Virus record (IMG/VR): IMGVR_UViG_2693429676_000015
Direction: 5' to 3' (one strand)
Source: a virus
Taxonomy: Duplodnaviria > Heunggongvirae > Uroviricota > Caudoviricetes
Length of the DNA stretch: 10,702 nt
Position numbers and translations under genes: made by a program. Each line of letters opens with the position of its first letter. Positions within the stretch are counted from its first letter, which is position 1. The notes under the pieces were generated by a model. That model was given only the letters and a program-made list of their open reading frames with translations, was not told the DNA's origin and ran no database searches. Positions 1 through 7,036 of the stretch are shown here, piece after piece.

Positions 1-30
1 AAACACTATCAATAAGTTGGAGTCATTACC
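1..30 (+). mobile_element. IS1 right terminus (last 30 bp, including the terminal inverted repeat); the rest of the element lies outside the window
   Basis: Sequence aaacactatcaataagttggagtcattacc matches the right end of IS1 as I recall it (...CATAAAACACTATCAATAAGTTGGAGTCATTACC). Recognised from memory, not searched. Confidence 0.8.
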
Positions 31-162
31 AAACGGTTGAAATGTATGCCGCTACTTACGGGTCCTGTAATCCTCTGAATAAACCAGAGGGAAAAGATGA
101 TTTCGACAAAATTTACCGCTTCTTGGAGGACCGCTATATCAAAAGCTTAGAGGACGCAGGGA

Positions 163-540
163 TCAAATCCCCAGTGAAGTCACCATTGTCCTGAGAACTT
201 GCAGAACGTCATGATCATAACTTCCATCCAAACCGCGACGGCGAATTGCTTCTCGTATTACCGGAAGCAGTTCGCTGGAAATCTCGGTGCATATTTCACC
301 TGATAATACGCTTGGCTCAAGTGAGAATATTGGTGAACTTACGGTCTTGGTCTCGACAGTTTCAGAGTCAGTGCCAACATTATAAAGCTCAACGAAAGCG
401 GTCTTGATTTTCCGGGCCAGATCTTTTGCTGGCTCGCTTGCAATATCTTTCCCGATTTCTCGCAGCACAGAATGCAATGTATGAGCTGCTGTTTTCTGTA
501 CATCAGACGGTAAATCTTTAAATTCCATCGTCAGCCTCAT
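163..540 (-). CDS. Hypothetical early-left prophage protein (125 aa; 121 aa if it starts at the second ATG, MEFKDLP...)
   Basis: Intact six-frame ORF. Its first ATG overlaps the stop of the upstream small gene (TGATG on the minus strand), suggesting coupling; a GAGG lies 7 nt before the second ATG. No recognisable motif. Confidence 0.5.
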   Translation of the reverse strand: MRLTMEFKDLPSDVQKTAAHTLHSVLREIGKDIASEPAKDLARKIKTAFVELYNVGTDSETVETKTVSSPIFSLEPSVLSGEICTEISSELLPVIREAIRRRGLDGSYDHDVLQVLRTMVTSLGI

Positions 541-692
541 CAGTCAGTGTTTCTGGCTAACCAGCAACGCGCGCCAGATTCGGTTTTAAACGTTTTGCTT
601 TTGGTATACGTCATGGCGGTAAACGTTCCATCCTGGTTAGGGAACACGCCGCACACCAGAGATTCGTTGTTGCCAAGATCGATAGTATCCAT
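540..692 (-). CDS. Small early-left prophage protein (about 50 aa, MDTIDLGNNESLV...); possibly YdaF-like
   Basis: Internal ATG at 692-690 is preceded by a good Shine-Dalgarno (aaggggaaatGAGGtcagcATG on the minus strand). The longer 68-aa ORF from 746 has no RBS. Position (first gene of the leftward operon next to the operators) fits a lambdoid early-left gene. Family is a guess. Confidence 0.45.
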   Translation of the reverse strand: MDTIDLGNNESLVCGVFPNQDGTFTAMTYTKSKTFKTESGARCWLARNTD

Positions 693-859
693 GCTGACCT
701 CATTTCCCCTTAACGCCGGGGTGGCGGAACAAAAAACCTGCTGCATAGTTAAAGATTGAACCCTGCCGTCATGTTCTTACGCCTCGGGCTGGCTACTTAA
801 CCCCTGACCACTGTCTGGTAACTCGAAGTATTGCCCTGCATTCTGTGGGGCGGGGTGGG

Positions 860-930
860 TTGACGCCTGAAACAATAGCATCATTATTTTTTTTTGATGT
901 AAATAGCATCGCTATTGTTTTTTGTTGGGG
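860..930. promoter_or_regulatory. OL-like operator/promoter region with two repressor-site candidates (874-888 AATAGCATCATTATT; 902-916 AATAGCATCGCTATT)
   Basis: Two 15-bp sites of form AATAGC-N3-GCTATT (902-916 is a perfect 6+3+6 palindrome), 28 bp centre to centre. The same motif recurs in the repressor/cro intergenic region at 2013-2027 and 2038-2052. A TTGACG (861-866) and T-rich tracts are nearby. Promoter elements are not confidently placed. Confidence 0.5.
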
Positions 931-956
931 CAAGAAAAAACCACCCTAAGGTGGTT
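925..956 (-). terminator. Rho-independent terminator for the leftward repressor-antitoxin-toxin transcript
   Basis: Stem AACCACC (939-945) and GGTGGTT (950-956) with loop CTAA. On the minus strand the hairpin is followed by TTTTTTCTTG. It lies 17 bp downstream of the toxin stop at 973. Confidence 0.5.
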
Positions 957-972
957 CTGTCGGCGGGAATAA

Positions 973-1263
973 TTAACTGTTTTTGCCTGGATACTGTCTT
1001 CGAGAATGCACAATATTTACTACTTCTATGCTTGATGCTGTTACTCGGTAAAGGATGATGTAGTTAGGATGAGTTACAATTTCACGAAGACCAAGAACTC
1101 GCTCGCTTGGAGGATACAGGTAAGGATGCTCTGTGAGCGGCAAAACGGATGTTTCAATTCGAATTTTCATTCTGCGTGCTGCCGCGGGATTTTCTTTAGC
1201 TATGTAGGCTACGATCTGGCGCAAATCATCACGAGCAGATGGTAGCCATAAAACGGGTAACAT
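973..1263 (-). CDS. parE: ParE/RelE-family type II toxin (96 aa)
   Basis: Size and N-terminal sequence (MLPVLWLPSARDDLRQIVAYIAKENPAAA...) are typical of ParE/RelE toxins. Start ATG overlaps the stop of the upstream antitoxin ORF by 1 nt (TAATG). Follows a repressor-antitoxin pair as in paaR-paaA-parE modules. Confidence 0.75.
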   Translation of the reverse strand: MLPVLWLPSARDDLRQIVAYIAKENPAAARRMKIRIETSVLPLTEHPYLYPPSERVLGLREIVTHPNYIILYRVTASSIEVVNIVHSRRQYPGKNS

Positions 1264-1457
1264 TATTCACCTCTGTGAGTTGCAGCAGCAATTTGGGCAA
1301 TAATTTGTTCCATTTCCGCCATTACCTCATCATGCGGAATCGCCGGGCGGGGATCCGCGAGGCTTGCTGCTACTTTGGCCCGCAGCCATTCGTTGTAACT
1401 ATTTTCTTGCTCAACTGTCTCAAATTCTGAAACCATTGGGGAAAGGACTGTACTCAT
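1263..1457 (-). CDS. paaA: PaaA-like antitoxin (64 aa), partner of ParE
   Basis: Small acidic protein (MSTVLSPMVSEFETVEQENSYNEWLRAKVAASLADPRPAIPHDEV...) that strongly recalls the PaaA2 antitoxin of E. coli O157:H7 (from memory). A GAGGAG lies 8 nt upstream of the ATG, and it is translationally coupled to the toxin. Confidence 0.65.
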   Translation of the reverse strand: MSTVLSPMVSEFETVEQENSYNEWLRAKVAASLADPRPAIPHDEVMAEMEQIIAQIAAATHRGE

Positions 1458-1476
1458 TTTACATATCTCCTCTGAT

Positions 1477-1977
1477 TTAGGCGCGACGGCCTTTTTGTGC
1501 AGCTAACCACCGCGCAACCGTACGATCCATTGATTCTTTTTTATCTTTCATCTCCTGAAGCATGTGTTCTTGATCTTCTTTCGGAAAAGCTCTGAACGTA
1601 TGGATTAAATCTCGTTCCATCGGCTCTACGGCAAACGGTAGTTCATCCTCTGTTTGTTCTGTGTCTGCTGGTAATGCGACTATGTTATCTTGCTGTGGTT
1701 CTCGACAATACATCCTTGCAATTTGCAGCAAATCTACCATGTCTGGCCTGATTGACTCAGGGGGAACTTTCAGTAAGCCAGCAAACTTTAGAACAGCCTC
1801 AAGGTTTAGTGGGGTTTGACCATTTAGGTAGTGACTTACCGCCCCTTGTGTTGAAAACCCCATAATTTCCGCCGCACGTTCCTGAGTCAATCCCAACTGA
1901 GATTTCTTTGCCATCCAGATTTCTTTCAGTCTTCTGGCGGCGTTGAGGTCGGTGTCTGACAATGATTTTCTTTTCAT
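1477..1977 (-). CDS. paaR: CI-like/PaaR-like HTH (XRE-family) repressor, 166 aa from ATG at 1977 (the ORF track extends to a GTG at 2007)
   Basis: N-terminal HTH (LTQERAAEIMGFSTQGAVSHYLNGQTPLNLEAVLKFAGLLKV). Divergent from a Cro-like gene across an operator-bearing intergenic region. First gene of a three-gene operon with the antitoxin and toxin. No S24 peptidase motif is evident in the C-terminus. Confidence 0.75.
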   Translation of the reverse strand: MKRKSLSDTDLNAARRLKEIWMAKKSQLGLTQERAAEIMGFSTQGAVSHYLNGQTPLNLEAVLKFAGLLKVPPESIRPDMVDLLQIARMYCREPQQDNIVALPADTEQTEDELPFAVEPMERDLIHTFRAFPKEDQEHMLQEMKDKKESMDRTVARWLAAQKGRRA

Positions 1978-2088
1978 ACATCCAATTCTAATAAGATTGC
2001 TAATCACTTTGAAATAGCATCACTATTTACTTTTAAAAATAACAGTGCTATTAATTATGCATTGGTAACACATCACATAGGGCGGATT
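1978..2088. promoter_or_regulatory. OR-like divergent promoter/operator region between the repressor and the cro-like gene
   Basis: AT-rich 111-bp intergenic region with two copies of the OL motif: 2013-2027 AATAGCATCACTATT and 2038-2052 AATAACAGTGCTATT, 25 bp centre to centre. Confidence 0.55.
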
Positions 2089-2352
2089 ATGAATCTTGGA
2101 GAATATTTGCATCATTTTCATATAACCCAGAGTTCATTTGCTGAGATTGTTGGCGCATCCCAAGGGATGGTCAGCCACGTTATAACGGGGCGTGCAAAAC
2201 TTACAGGAGAAAAAATATTACGTTGGTGTGAAGCAACGGGATGGGTGGTGACCCCACATGAGATTGACAGTAAAACCTACCCCAACCCAACTGACGGCTT
2301 GCCTGCTGAGTTTCAGGCTAACACACAACCATCGGCGGGGGTTGATTCATGA
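2089..2352 (+). CDS. Cro/YdaS-like small HTH regulator (87 aa from ATG 2089; the ORF track starts at a TTG at 2062)
   Basis: HTH segment (QSSFAEIVGASQGMVSHVITGRAKLTGEKILRWCEATG). AGGG Shine-Dalgarno 7 nt upstream of the ATG. Divergent to the repressor. Its stop overlaps the next gene's start (ATGA at 2349-2352). Confidence 0.65.
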   Translation: MNLGEYLHHFHITQSSFAEIVGASQGMVSHVITGRAKLTGEKILRWCEATGWVVTPHEIDSKTYPNPTDGLPAEFQANTQPSAGVDS

Positions 2353-2774
2353 AAATCAAGCATGAACACATCCGCATGGCGATGAAAGCCTGGGCGCATC
2401 CGGACGGTGAAAAAGTTCCGGCAGCTGAAATAACCAGGGTTTATTTCGAACTGGGAATGACGTTTCCGGTTCTGCATAACGACAGCAAGCACAACACGCT
2501 TTATCTCAACACCCAAAAGATTTTCCGTTGGCTGGATAAAGACACCCCTGACGCTGTTGAAAAAATTCAGGCGTTGTTACCTGCGATCGAAAGGGCAATG
2601 CCACCTCCGCTGGTGGCTCGAATGCGCAGCCACAGTTCAGCTTATTTTCGGGAACTGGTGGAGACGCATGAACGACTGGTGAGAGACGCTGATGATTTTG
2701 TCGCAGTGGCAATCGCCGGTTTCAATCAGATGAACCGTGGTGGCCCGGCAGGAAATGCTGTGGCAGTACATTGA
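2349..2774 (+). CDS. YdaT-like protein (141 aa), possible CII-like regulator of the Rac-type immunity module
   Basis: Starts MKIKHEHI..., which I recall as the N-terminus of Rac-prophage YdaT; the length (about 140 aa) and position directly after the Cro/YdaS-like gene also match. Translationally coupled to the upstream gene. Confidence 0.6.
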   Translation: MKIKHEHIRMAMKAWAHPDGEKVPAAEITRVYFELGMTFPVLHNDSKHNTLYLNTQKIFRWLDKDTPDAVEKIQALLPAIERAMPPPLVARMRSHSSAYFRELVETHERLVRDADDFVAVAIAGFNQMNRGGPAGNAVAVH

Positions 2775-2845
2775 CTGACAATAGCCATATCGAATCGCTC
2801 CCGGCAACTCGTGAGTAAAAAGATTCGGTATCAGAAGAGGTGAGT

Positions 2846-3910
2846 ATGGCTAACGCCTGGCTCAGATTATGGCATGACATGCCAAATGACCCTAAGTGGC
2901 GAACAATTGCCAGGGTGTCAGGGCAGCCAATTGCAACAGTGATGGCAGTGTATATCCACCTCCTGGTGAGCGCGTCACGAAATGTCACGCGAGGTCACAT
3001 TGATGTCACGACAGAAGATTTGGCAAGTGCGCTCGACGTGACAGAAGAGGTAATTGATTCAATTTTGCAGACGATGCAGGGGCGGGTACTTGATGGTGAT
3101 TTAATCACTGGATGGGAAAAACGCCAGGTGCTTAAAGAGGACAACGGCAATATTTCGCAAACCGCAAAATCTCCTGCAGAGCGCAAGAGGGCGCAGCGAG
3201 AGAGGGAAAGAAAGCGGGAACAAAATGGCGATTGTCACGGCGCGTCACGAAATGTCACGCACATGTCACGACGAGTCACGACAGATACAGATAAAGATAC
3301 AGATAAAGAAGATCAAAACACTATGGTCCATGGCGTAAAAAACGCCACGAACCAGGCAGGGGATGTTCAGACCGTCAATCCTGGTCAGCCAGCAGGCTCG
3401 ACACCGGAAGCCGATTCAGCGTATGCGCTGAAAGCCGATTCGGGCGCTGTGCAGCAGGTGATGACCGCAAGGCCGGAGCAATCACTCCAACTGCAGCAGC
3501 CTGAAGCCGATTCCGCCATTCAGCGGGAAGCCGATCGGGTAGCCCCGGAAAACACCGGGCAGCCTGTGGGACGAGTGGATTATCCGGATGTGTTCGAACA
3601 GGTCTGGCGGGAATACCCGTTGCGTGCCGGGGCAAACCCGAAGAAATCCGCATTCAGTGCCTGGAAGGCCAGATTGCGCGAGGGGGTGCCACCAGAGACC
3701 ATGCTGGATGGTGTGAGGCGTTACGCGAGATACCTGGCGGCGACCGGGAAAGCGGGAACGGAATTTGTTCAGCGAGCGACGACGTTTTTTGGGCCGGACC
3801 GGAATTTTGAAAACCCCTGGTTGCTCCCGGTAAGCGGCACGAACAACCAGCGTTGTGTGAATCATATTTCTGAACCGGATACCGAAATTCCGCCGGGATT
3901 CAGGGGGTGA
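2846..3910 (+). CDS. Phage replication initiator (lambda O-like role; YdaU-like position), 354 aa from ATG 2846
   Basis: GAGGTG Shine-Dalgarno 4-5 nt before the ATG. Position is immediately upstream of the DnaC-like loader. The coding sequence contains origin-like iterons and an AT-rich tandem repeat. The C-terminal region (YPDVFEQVWREYPLRAGANPKKSAFSAWKARL) resembles motifs in phage replisome-organiser proteins. Not verified by search. Confidence 0.6.
   Translation: MANAWLRLWHDMPNDPKWRTIARVSGQPIATVMAVYIHLLVSASRNVTRGHIDVTTEDLASALDVTEEVIDSILQTMQGRVLDGDLITGWEKRQVLKEDNGNISQTAKSPAERKRAQRERERKREQNGDCHGASRNVTHMSRRVTTDTDKDTDKEDQNTMVHGVKNATNQAGDVQTVNPGQPAGSTPEADSAYALKADSGAVQQVMTARPEQSLQLQQPEADSAIQREADRVAPENTGQPVGRVDYPDVFEQVWREYPLRAGANPKKSAFSAWKARLREGVPPETMLDGVRRYARYLAATGKAGTEFVQRATTFFGPDRNFENPWLLPVSGTNNQRCVNHISEPDTEIPPGFRG
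2971..3318. repeat. Putative phage origin of replication: two clusters of GTCACG iterons at about 10-bp phasing plus an AT-rich tandem repeat, inside the initiator gene
   Basis: Cluster 1: GTCACG at 2973, 2983, 2993 (GTCACA) and 3004. Cluster 2: GTCACG at 3234, 3244, 3254, 3265 and 3275. The two roughly 45-bp blocks (gcgtcacgaaatgtcacgc...) are near-duplicates. An inverted copy (cgtgac) is at 3046-3051. Tandem gatacagataaa x2 at 3284-3307. Confidence 0.55.
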
Positions 3911-3916
3911 TGTGGC

Positions 3917-4663
3917 ATGAAAAACATTGCGGCAGCCGGGGTTCTTGAACGTATTCACAGACTTGCACCACAGGGGGCGGTTCCACCGTACCGGACGGTG
4001 GAGGAGTGGCGGGAATGGCAACTTGCTGAAGGACGAAAACGCAGCGAGGAGATTAACCGCCAGAATCGCCAGTTGCGGGTGGAAAAAATCCTGAATCGTT
4101 CGGGCATCCAGCCTCTGCACAGCAAATGCTCGTTTGCGAATTATCAGGTGCAGAACGACGGGCAAAAATACGCGCTGAGCCAGGCCAAATCCATAGCTGA
4201 CGAACTGATGACCGGGTGCACGAATTTTGTGTTCAGCGGTAAAACCGGCACCGGGAAAAATCACCTTGCAGCGGCGATGGGTAACCGGCTGATGGCGAAG
4301 GGGCGCAGCGTGATTATCGTCACCGAGTCTGATGTCATGAGCGTGTTGCATGACAGCTACGACAACGGCAAATCCGGTGAAAAATTTTTACAGGAGCTTT
4401 GCGGGGTTGATTTGCTGGTCCTGGATGAAATAGGCATTCAGCGGGAGACGAAAAACGAGCAGGTGGTATTGCACCAGATAATTGATCGCCGGACAGCATC
4501 ACTGTGCAGTGTCGGGATGTTAACAAACCTGAATCATGCCGCAATGAGCACGCTTCTTGGTGAGAGGATTATGGACCGCATGACCATGAACGGTTGTCGG
4601 TGGGTGACGTTTAACTGGGATAGCTGGCGTTCAAATGTCAGCTTTCCGGGAGTTGTGAAGTAA
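3917..4663 (+). CDS. DnaC-like replicative helicase loader (IstB-like AAA+ ATPase; Rac YdaV position), 248 aa
   Basis: Walker A FSGKTGTGKNHLAAAMG and Walker B LLVLDEIG; N-terminal region typical of DnaC-like loaders; directly follows the initiator gene. Confidence 0.85.
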   Translation: MKNIAAAGVLERIHRLAPQGAVPPYRTVEEWREWQLAEGRKRSEEINRQNRQLRVEKILNRSGIQPLHSKCSFANYQVQNDGQKYALSQAKSIADELMTGCTNFVFSGKTGTGKNHLAAAMGNRLMAKGRSVIIVTESDVMSVLHDSYDNGKSGEKFLQELCGVDLLVLDEIGIQRETKNEQVVLHQIIDRRTASLCSVGMLTNLNHAAMSTLLGERIMDRMTMNGCRWVTFNWDSWRSNVSFPGVVK

Positions 4664-4684
4664 TTTTTGTTGGAGGATGTTTTA

Positions 4685-5410
4685 ATGGAAACTGTATTTG
4701 ACGCACTGAAAGCACTGAAAAGAGCCTCTTCACATGTGGTGGCGTCCCGCCTTGGAATCAGCCGTGAAGATGCGGTCAACGAACTGTGGAAACTGAAGCG
4801 CCGTGGTGAAGCGGATAACAAGGGTTCGATGTGGTGGCTGATTCAGGCTGGTGAAAGTGAACCAGTGTCACCGGTACCGAAAGTGACAGCGCAAATGCTG
4901 ACTGAGGCGATTGAACAACATGGCCCACAAACGGCGGATGAGCTGGCACTGATGTTCGGGATTACCTCCCGCCGGGCGAATTCATCGCTGGCCATGGCAA
5001 TCAGCAAAGGGCGTCTGATTCGCGTGAATCAGGGCGGTAAATTTCGGTACTGCATACCGGGCGCTGATTTACCGGCAGAGCCGAAAGCCGCATCCATAGC
5101 GGAAACGGATGGTAAAGTCTTTCCTCAGCCAGCAGGTGTTGCGTTACCGGTACAGGAAGCTGCAACACAGGAAGAAATTAAAACAGAAACTGTGGCGGAC
5201 ATTGTGCAGTCGTTGCCATCGTTCACCGAAACGCAAGCGGATGACCTGGTTTTACCATCGCTGCATATGGCAAACCGCGAACTGCGTCGGGCGAAAAGTC
5301 ATGTCCAGAAGTGGGAGCGTGTCTGCGCCGCGTTGCGGGAGCTGAACAAGCACCGGGATATTGTTCGACAGATTGTCGATTCCTCCGGTCGTATTGTGTC
5401 GGAAAAGTGA
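4685..5410 (+). CDS. Hypothetical phage protein with winged-helix-like N-terminus (241 aa from ATG 4685; YdaW-like position)
   Basis: GGAGG 8 nt upstream of the ATG at 4685 (the ORF track starts at a TTG at 4667). Intact ORF in the operon. Function unknown. Confidence 0.6.
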   Translation: METVFDALKALKRASSHVVASRLGISREDAVNELWKLKRRGEADNKGSMWWLIQAGESEPVSPVPKVTAQMLTEAIEQHGPQTADELALMFGITSRRANSSLAMAISKGRLIRVNQGGKFRYCIPGADLPAEPKAASIAETDGKVFPQPAGVALPVQEAATQEEIKTETVADIVQSLPSFTETQADDLVLPSLHMANRELRRAKSHVQKWERVCAALRELNKHRDIVRQIVDSSGRIVSEK

Positions 5411-5425
5411 TTGCCGGGGGCGCTT

Positions 5426-5636
5426 ATGGCAAAAGTATTTACACAGGAAGAGCGGGAAAAAATTAAGGGGCAGGTTGTTGAACTCGTACGCCAGAGTGGG
5501 CGCGAGACGTTACGACAACTGGAAGCTAAAACCGGGGCGACAAGATATTTAATAAGCGTTCTCGCCAGAGAGCTGGTTGCCAGTGGGGATGTATACAACT
5601 CTGGCTACGGGTTATTCCCGTCTGAACAGGCTCGTA
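5426..5636 (+). pseudogene. 5' portion of a phage gene (MAKVFTQEEREKIKGQVVELVRQSG...), interrupted at the N at 5637
   Basis: ATG at 5426 with a G-rich Shine-Dalgarno. Positions 5446-5636 are identical to 6577-6767 (copy 3). After the N at 5637 the sequence switches to the antisense of an IS3-family orfA. Confidence 0.4.
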
Positions 5637-5637
5637 N

Positions 5638-5993
5638 TTTTTCAGCGACTCCTGTGCAAAATACGCTGTTGCTTTTTTTAATATATCTCGCTCAAGGCGA
5701 GCTTCATTTAACGCCTTACGCAGTTGCAGAATTTCAGATTCCAGTTCAGCCACCGTGCGGGAACCAGGAGTACCGAGCCCTTTTCTGGCGGCGGTAACCC
5801 ATTGTCCTAAAGTGCCTTCAGGAAGAGATAATCGGGAAGCGCCTTCACTGATCGAAAGTTGATTTTCAGGAACCGTTCTGACAGCTTCGGCTTTGAACTC
5901 TTTAGAGTAACGTTGGGTTTTTCTGCTCATTATTAGCTCCTTCTGATGCCATTCTATTTCAGGAAGGAGTGTCCGTTAAACTCAGGCTACCTC
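5638..5993 (-). mobile_element. IS3-family insertion sequence fragment (left end plus N-terminal part of orfA; IS600-like from memory)
   Basis: Minus-strand ORF MSRKTQRYSKEFKAEAVRTVPENQLSISEGASRLSLPEGTLGQWVTAARKGLG...LERDILKKATAYFAQESLK is a typical IS3-family OrfA (HTH plus leucine zipper). The element end reads TGAGGTAGCC... on the minus strand near 5993. It is truncated at the N at 5637. Confidence 0.7.
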
Positions 5994-6384
5994 AAAAATT
6001 AAAGGGCAGGTTGTTGAACTTGTACGTCTGAGCGGTCGCGAGACGTTGCGGCAACTGGAAGCCAAGACAGGTGCGACAAGATATCTGATGAGTGTTCTCG
6101 CCAGAGAGCTGGTTGCCAGTGGCGATGTATACAACTCTGGTTACGGGTTATTCCCGTCTGAACAGGCGCGTAAGGACTGGCAAAACGCCCGCAAAAAACT
6201 CTCAAGGGCAAATCTGAAGAAACCATCTGTGGTTGATCCTGACCTTATCTGGTCATTACCAGACGGAGAAATACGCCGCTACGACAGGCGTCAAAACATA
6301 ATCTGTAGCGAGTGCCGGAAGAGCGAAGCTATGCAGCGTGTACTGGCTTTCTATCAGGGTAATTTTCAGAAGGTGCTGTTGTGA
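5994..6384 (+). pseudogene. 5'-truncated divergent paralogue of the same phage gene (copy 2), preceded by the IS3-family end
   Basis: Aligns to copy 1 and copy 3 from ...KIKGQVVEL to the stop, with scattered nucleotide differences (roughly 5-8% by eye) and a few amino-acid changes. No start codon, because the IS end abuts it. Confidence 0.5.
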
Positions 6385-6456
6385 GCCAAATTAACAATCG
6401 GAACTTCGTGAAGAGAAAGCATAATCCAAAATCTGAATAATTAAGTTCAGCACTGT

Positions 6457-6571
6457 GGTGATGCTGCCAACTTACTGATTTAGTGTATGATGGTGTTTTT
6501 GAGGTGCTCCAGTGGCTTCTGTTTCTATCAGCTGTCCCTCCTGTTCAGCTACTGACGGGGTGGTGCGTAAC
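6457..6571 (+). mobile_element. insA: IS1 left-end fragment (inverted repeat plus the first 20 codons of insA), truncated by the N run
   Basis: ggtgatgctgccaacttactgatttagtgtatgatgg... and the encoded MASVSISCPSCSATDGVVRN match the IS1 left end and InsA N-terminus as I recall them. The sequence stops at NNNNN (6572-6576). Confidence 0.8.
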
Positions 6572-6576
6572 NNNNN
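6572..6576. other. Run of 5 N (assembly gap or scaffold join); a single N also occurs at 5637
   Basis: Literal n characters in the sequence. Confidence 0.95.
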
Positions 6577-6979
6577 GGAAGAGCGGGAAAAAATTAAGGG
6601 GCAGGTTGTTGAACTCGTACGCCAGAGTGGGCGCGAGACGTTACGACAACTGGAAGCTAAAACCGGGGCGACAAGATATTTAATAAGCGTTCTCGCCAGA
6701 GAGCTGGTTGCCAGTGGGGATGTATACAACTCTGGCTACGGGTTATTCCCGTCTGAACAGGCTCGTAAGGACTGGCAAAACGCCCGCAAAAAACTCTCGA
6801 GGGCAAAGCTGAAGAAACCATCTGTGGTTGATCCGGACCTTATCTGGTCATTACCAGACGGAGAAATACGCCGCTACGACAGACATCAGAACATAATCTG
6901 TCGCGAGTGCCGGAAGAGTGAAGTTATGCAGCGTGTACCGGCTTTCTATCAGGGTGATTTTCAGGAGGCGGTACTGTGA
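6577..6979 (+). CDS. 3' portion (copy 3) of the phage gene seen at 5426; with copy 1 it would encode a protein of about 140 aa with a winged-helix-like segment and a CxxC motif
   Basis: Positions 6577-6767 are identical to 5446-5636. Reading frame is open to the TGA at 6977-6979. The ORF-track product 6512..6979 is a chimera with the InsA N-terminus across the N run. Confidence 0.5.
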
Positions 6980-7036
6980 GTGAAATTAGCTATCAGGCTT
7001 CAATTACCGCTGGCATTCGCATCAAAGGAGAGGAGC

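Noticed and set aside
159-171. Short inverted repeat GGGAT-CAA-ATCCC
   Set aside because: Overlaps the stop codon of the 125-aa gene, has a 5-bp stem only and no T-tract; not convincing as a terminator.
547-759. 70-aa plus-strand ORF
   Set aside because: Antisense to the small leftward gene and runs against the operon direction set by the operators; no RBS.
1239-1430. 63-aa plus-strand ORF
   Set aside because: Antisense across the antitoxin/toxin junction; both of those are better supported by coupling and family resemblance.
1799-1981. 60-aa minus-strand ORF in an alternative frame of the repressor gene
   Set aside because: Same strand but out of frame with the HTH-containing repressor ORF; an overlap artifact.
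3482-4351. 289-aa minus-strand ORF across the replication genes
   Set aside because: It is antisense to two well-supported plus-strand genes (initiator with iterons; DnaC-like with Walker A/B). The Arg/Pro/His-rich low-complexity product is typical of an antisense frame through GC-rich coding sequence.
5526-5930. 134-aa minus-strand ORF annotated as one protein
   Set aside because: Only the part to the right of the N at 5637 is IS3-family OrfA; the C-terminal tail is read-through into the antisense of the phage gene across an ambiguous base.
6472-6979. ORFs spanning the NNNNN run (6472..6729 minus, 6483..6683 plus, 6512..6979 plus)
   Set aside because: Translations cross a gap of unknown length and content; 6512..6979 fuses the InsA N-terminus to an unrelated phage gene.
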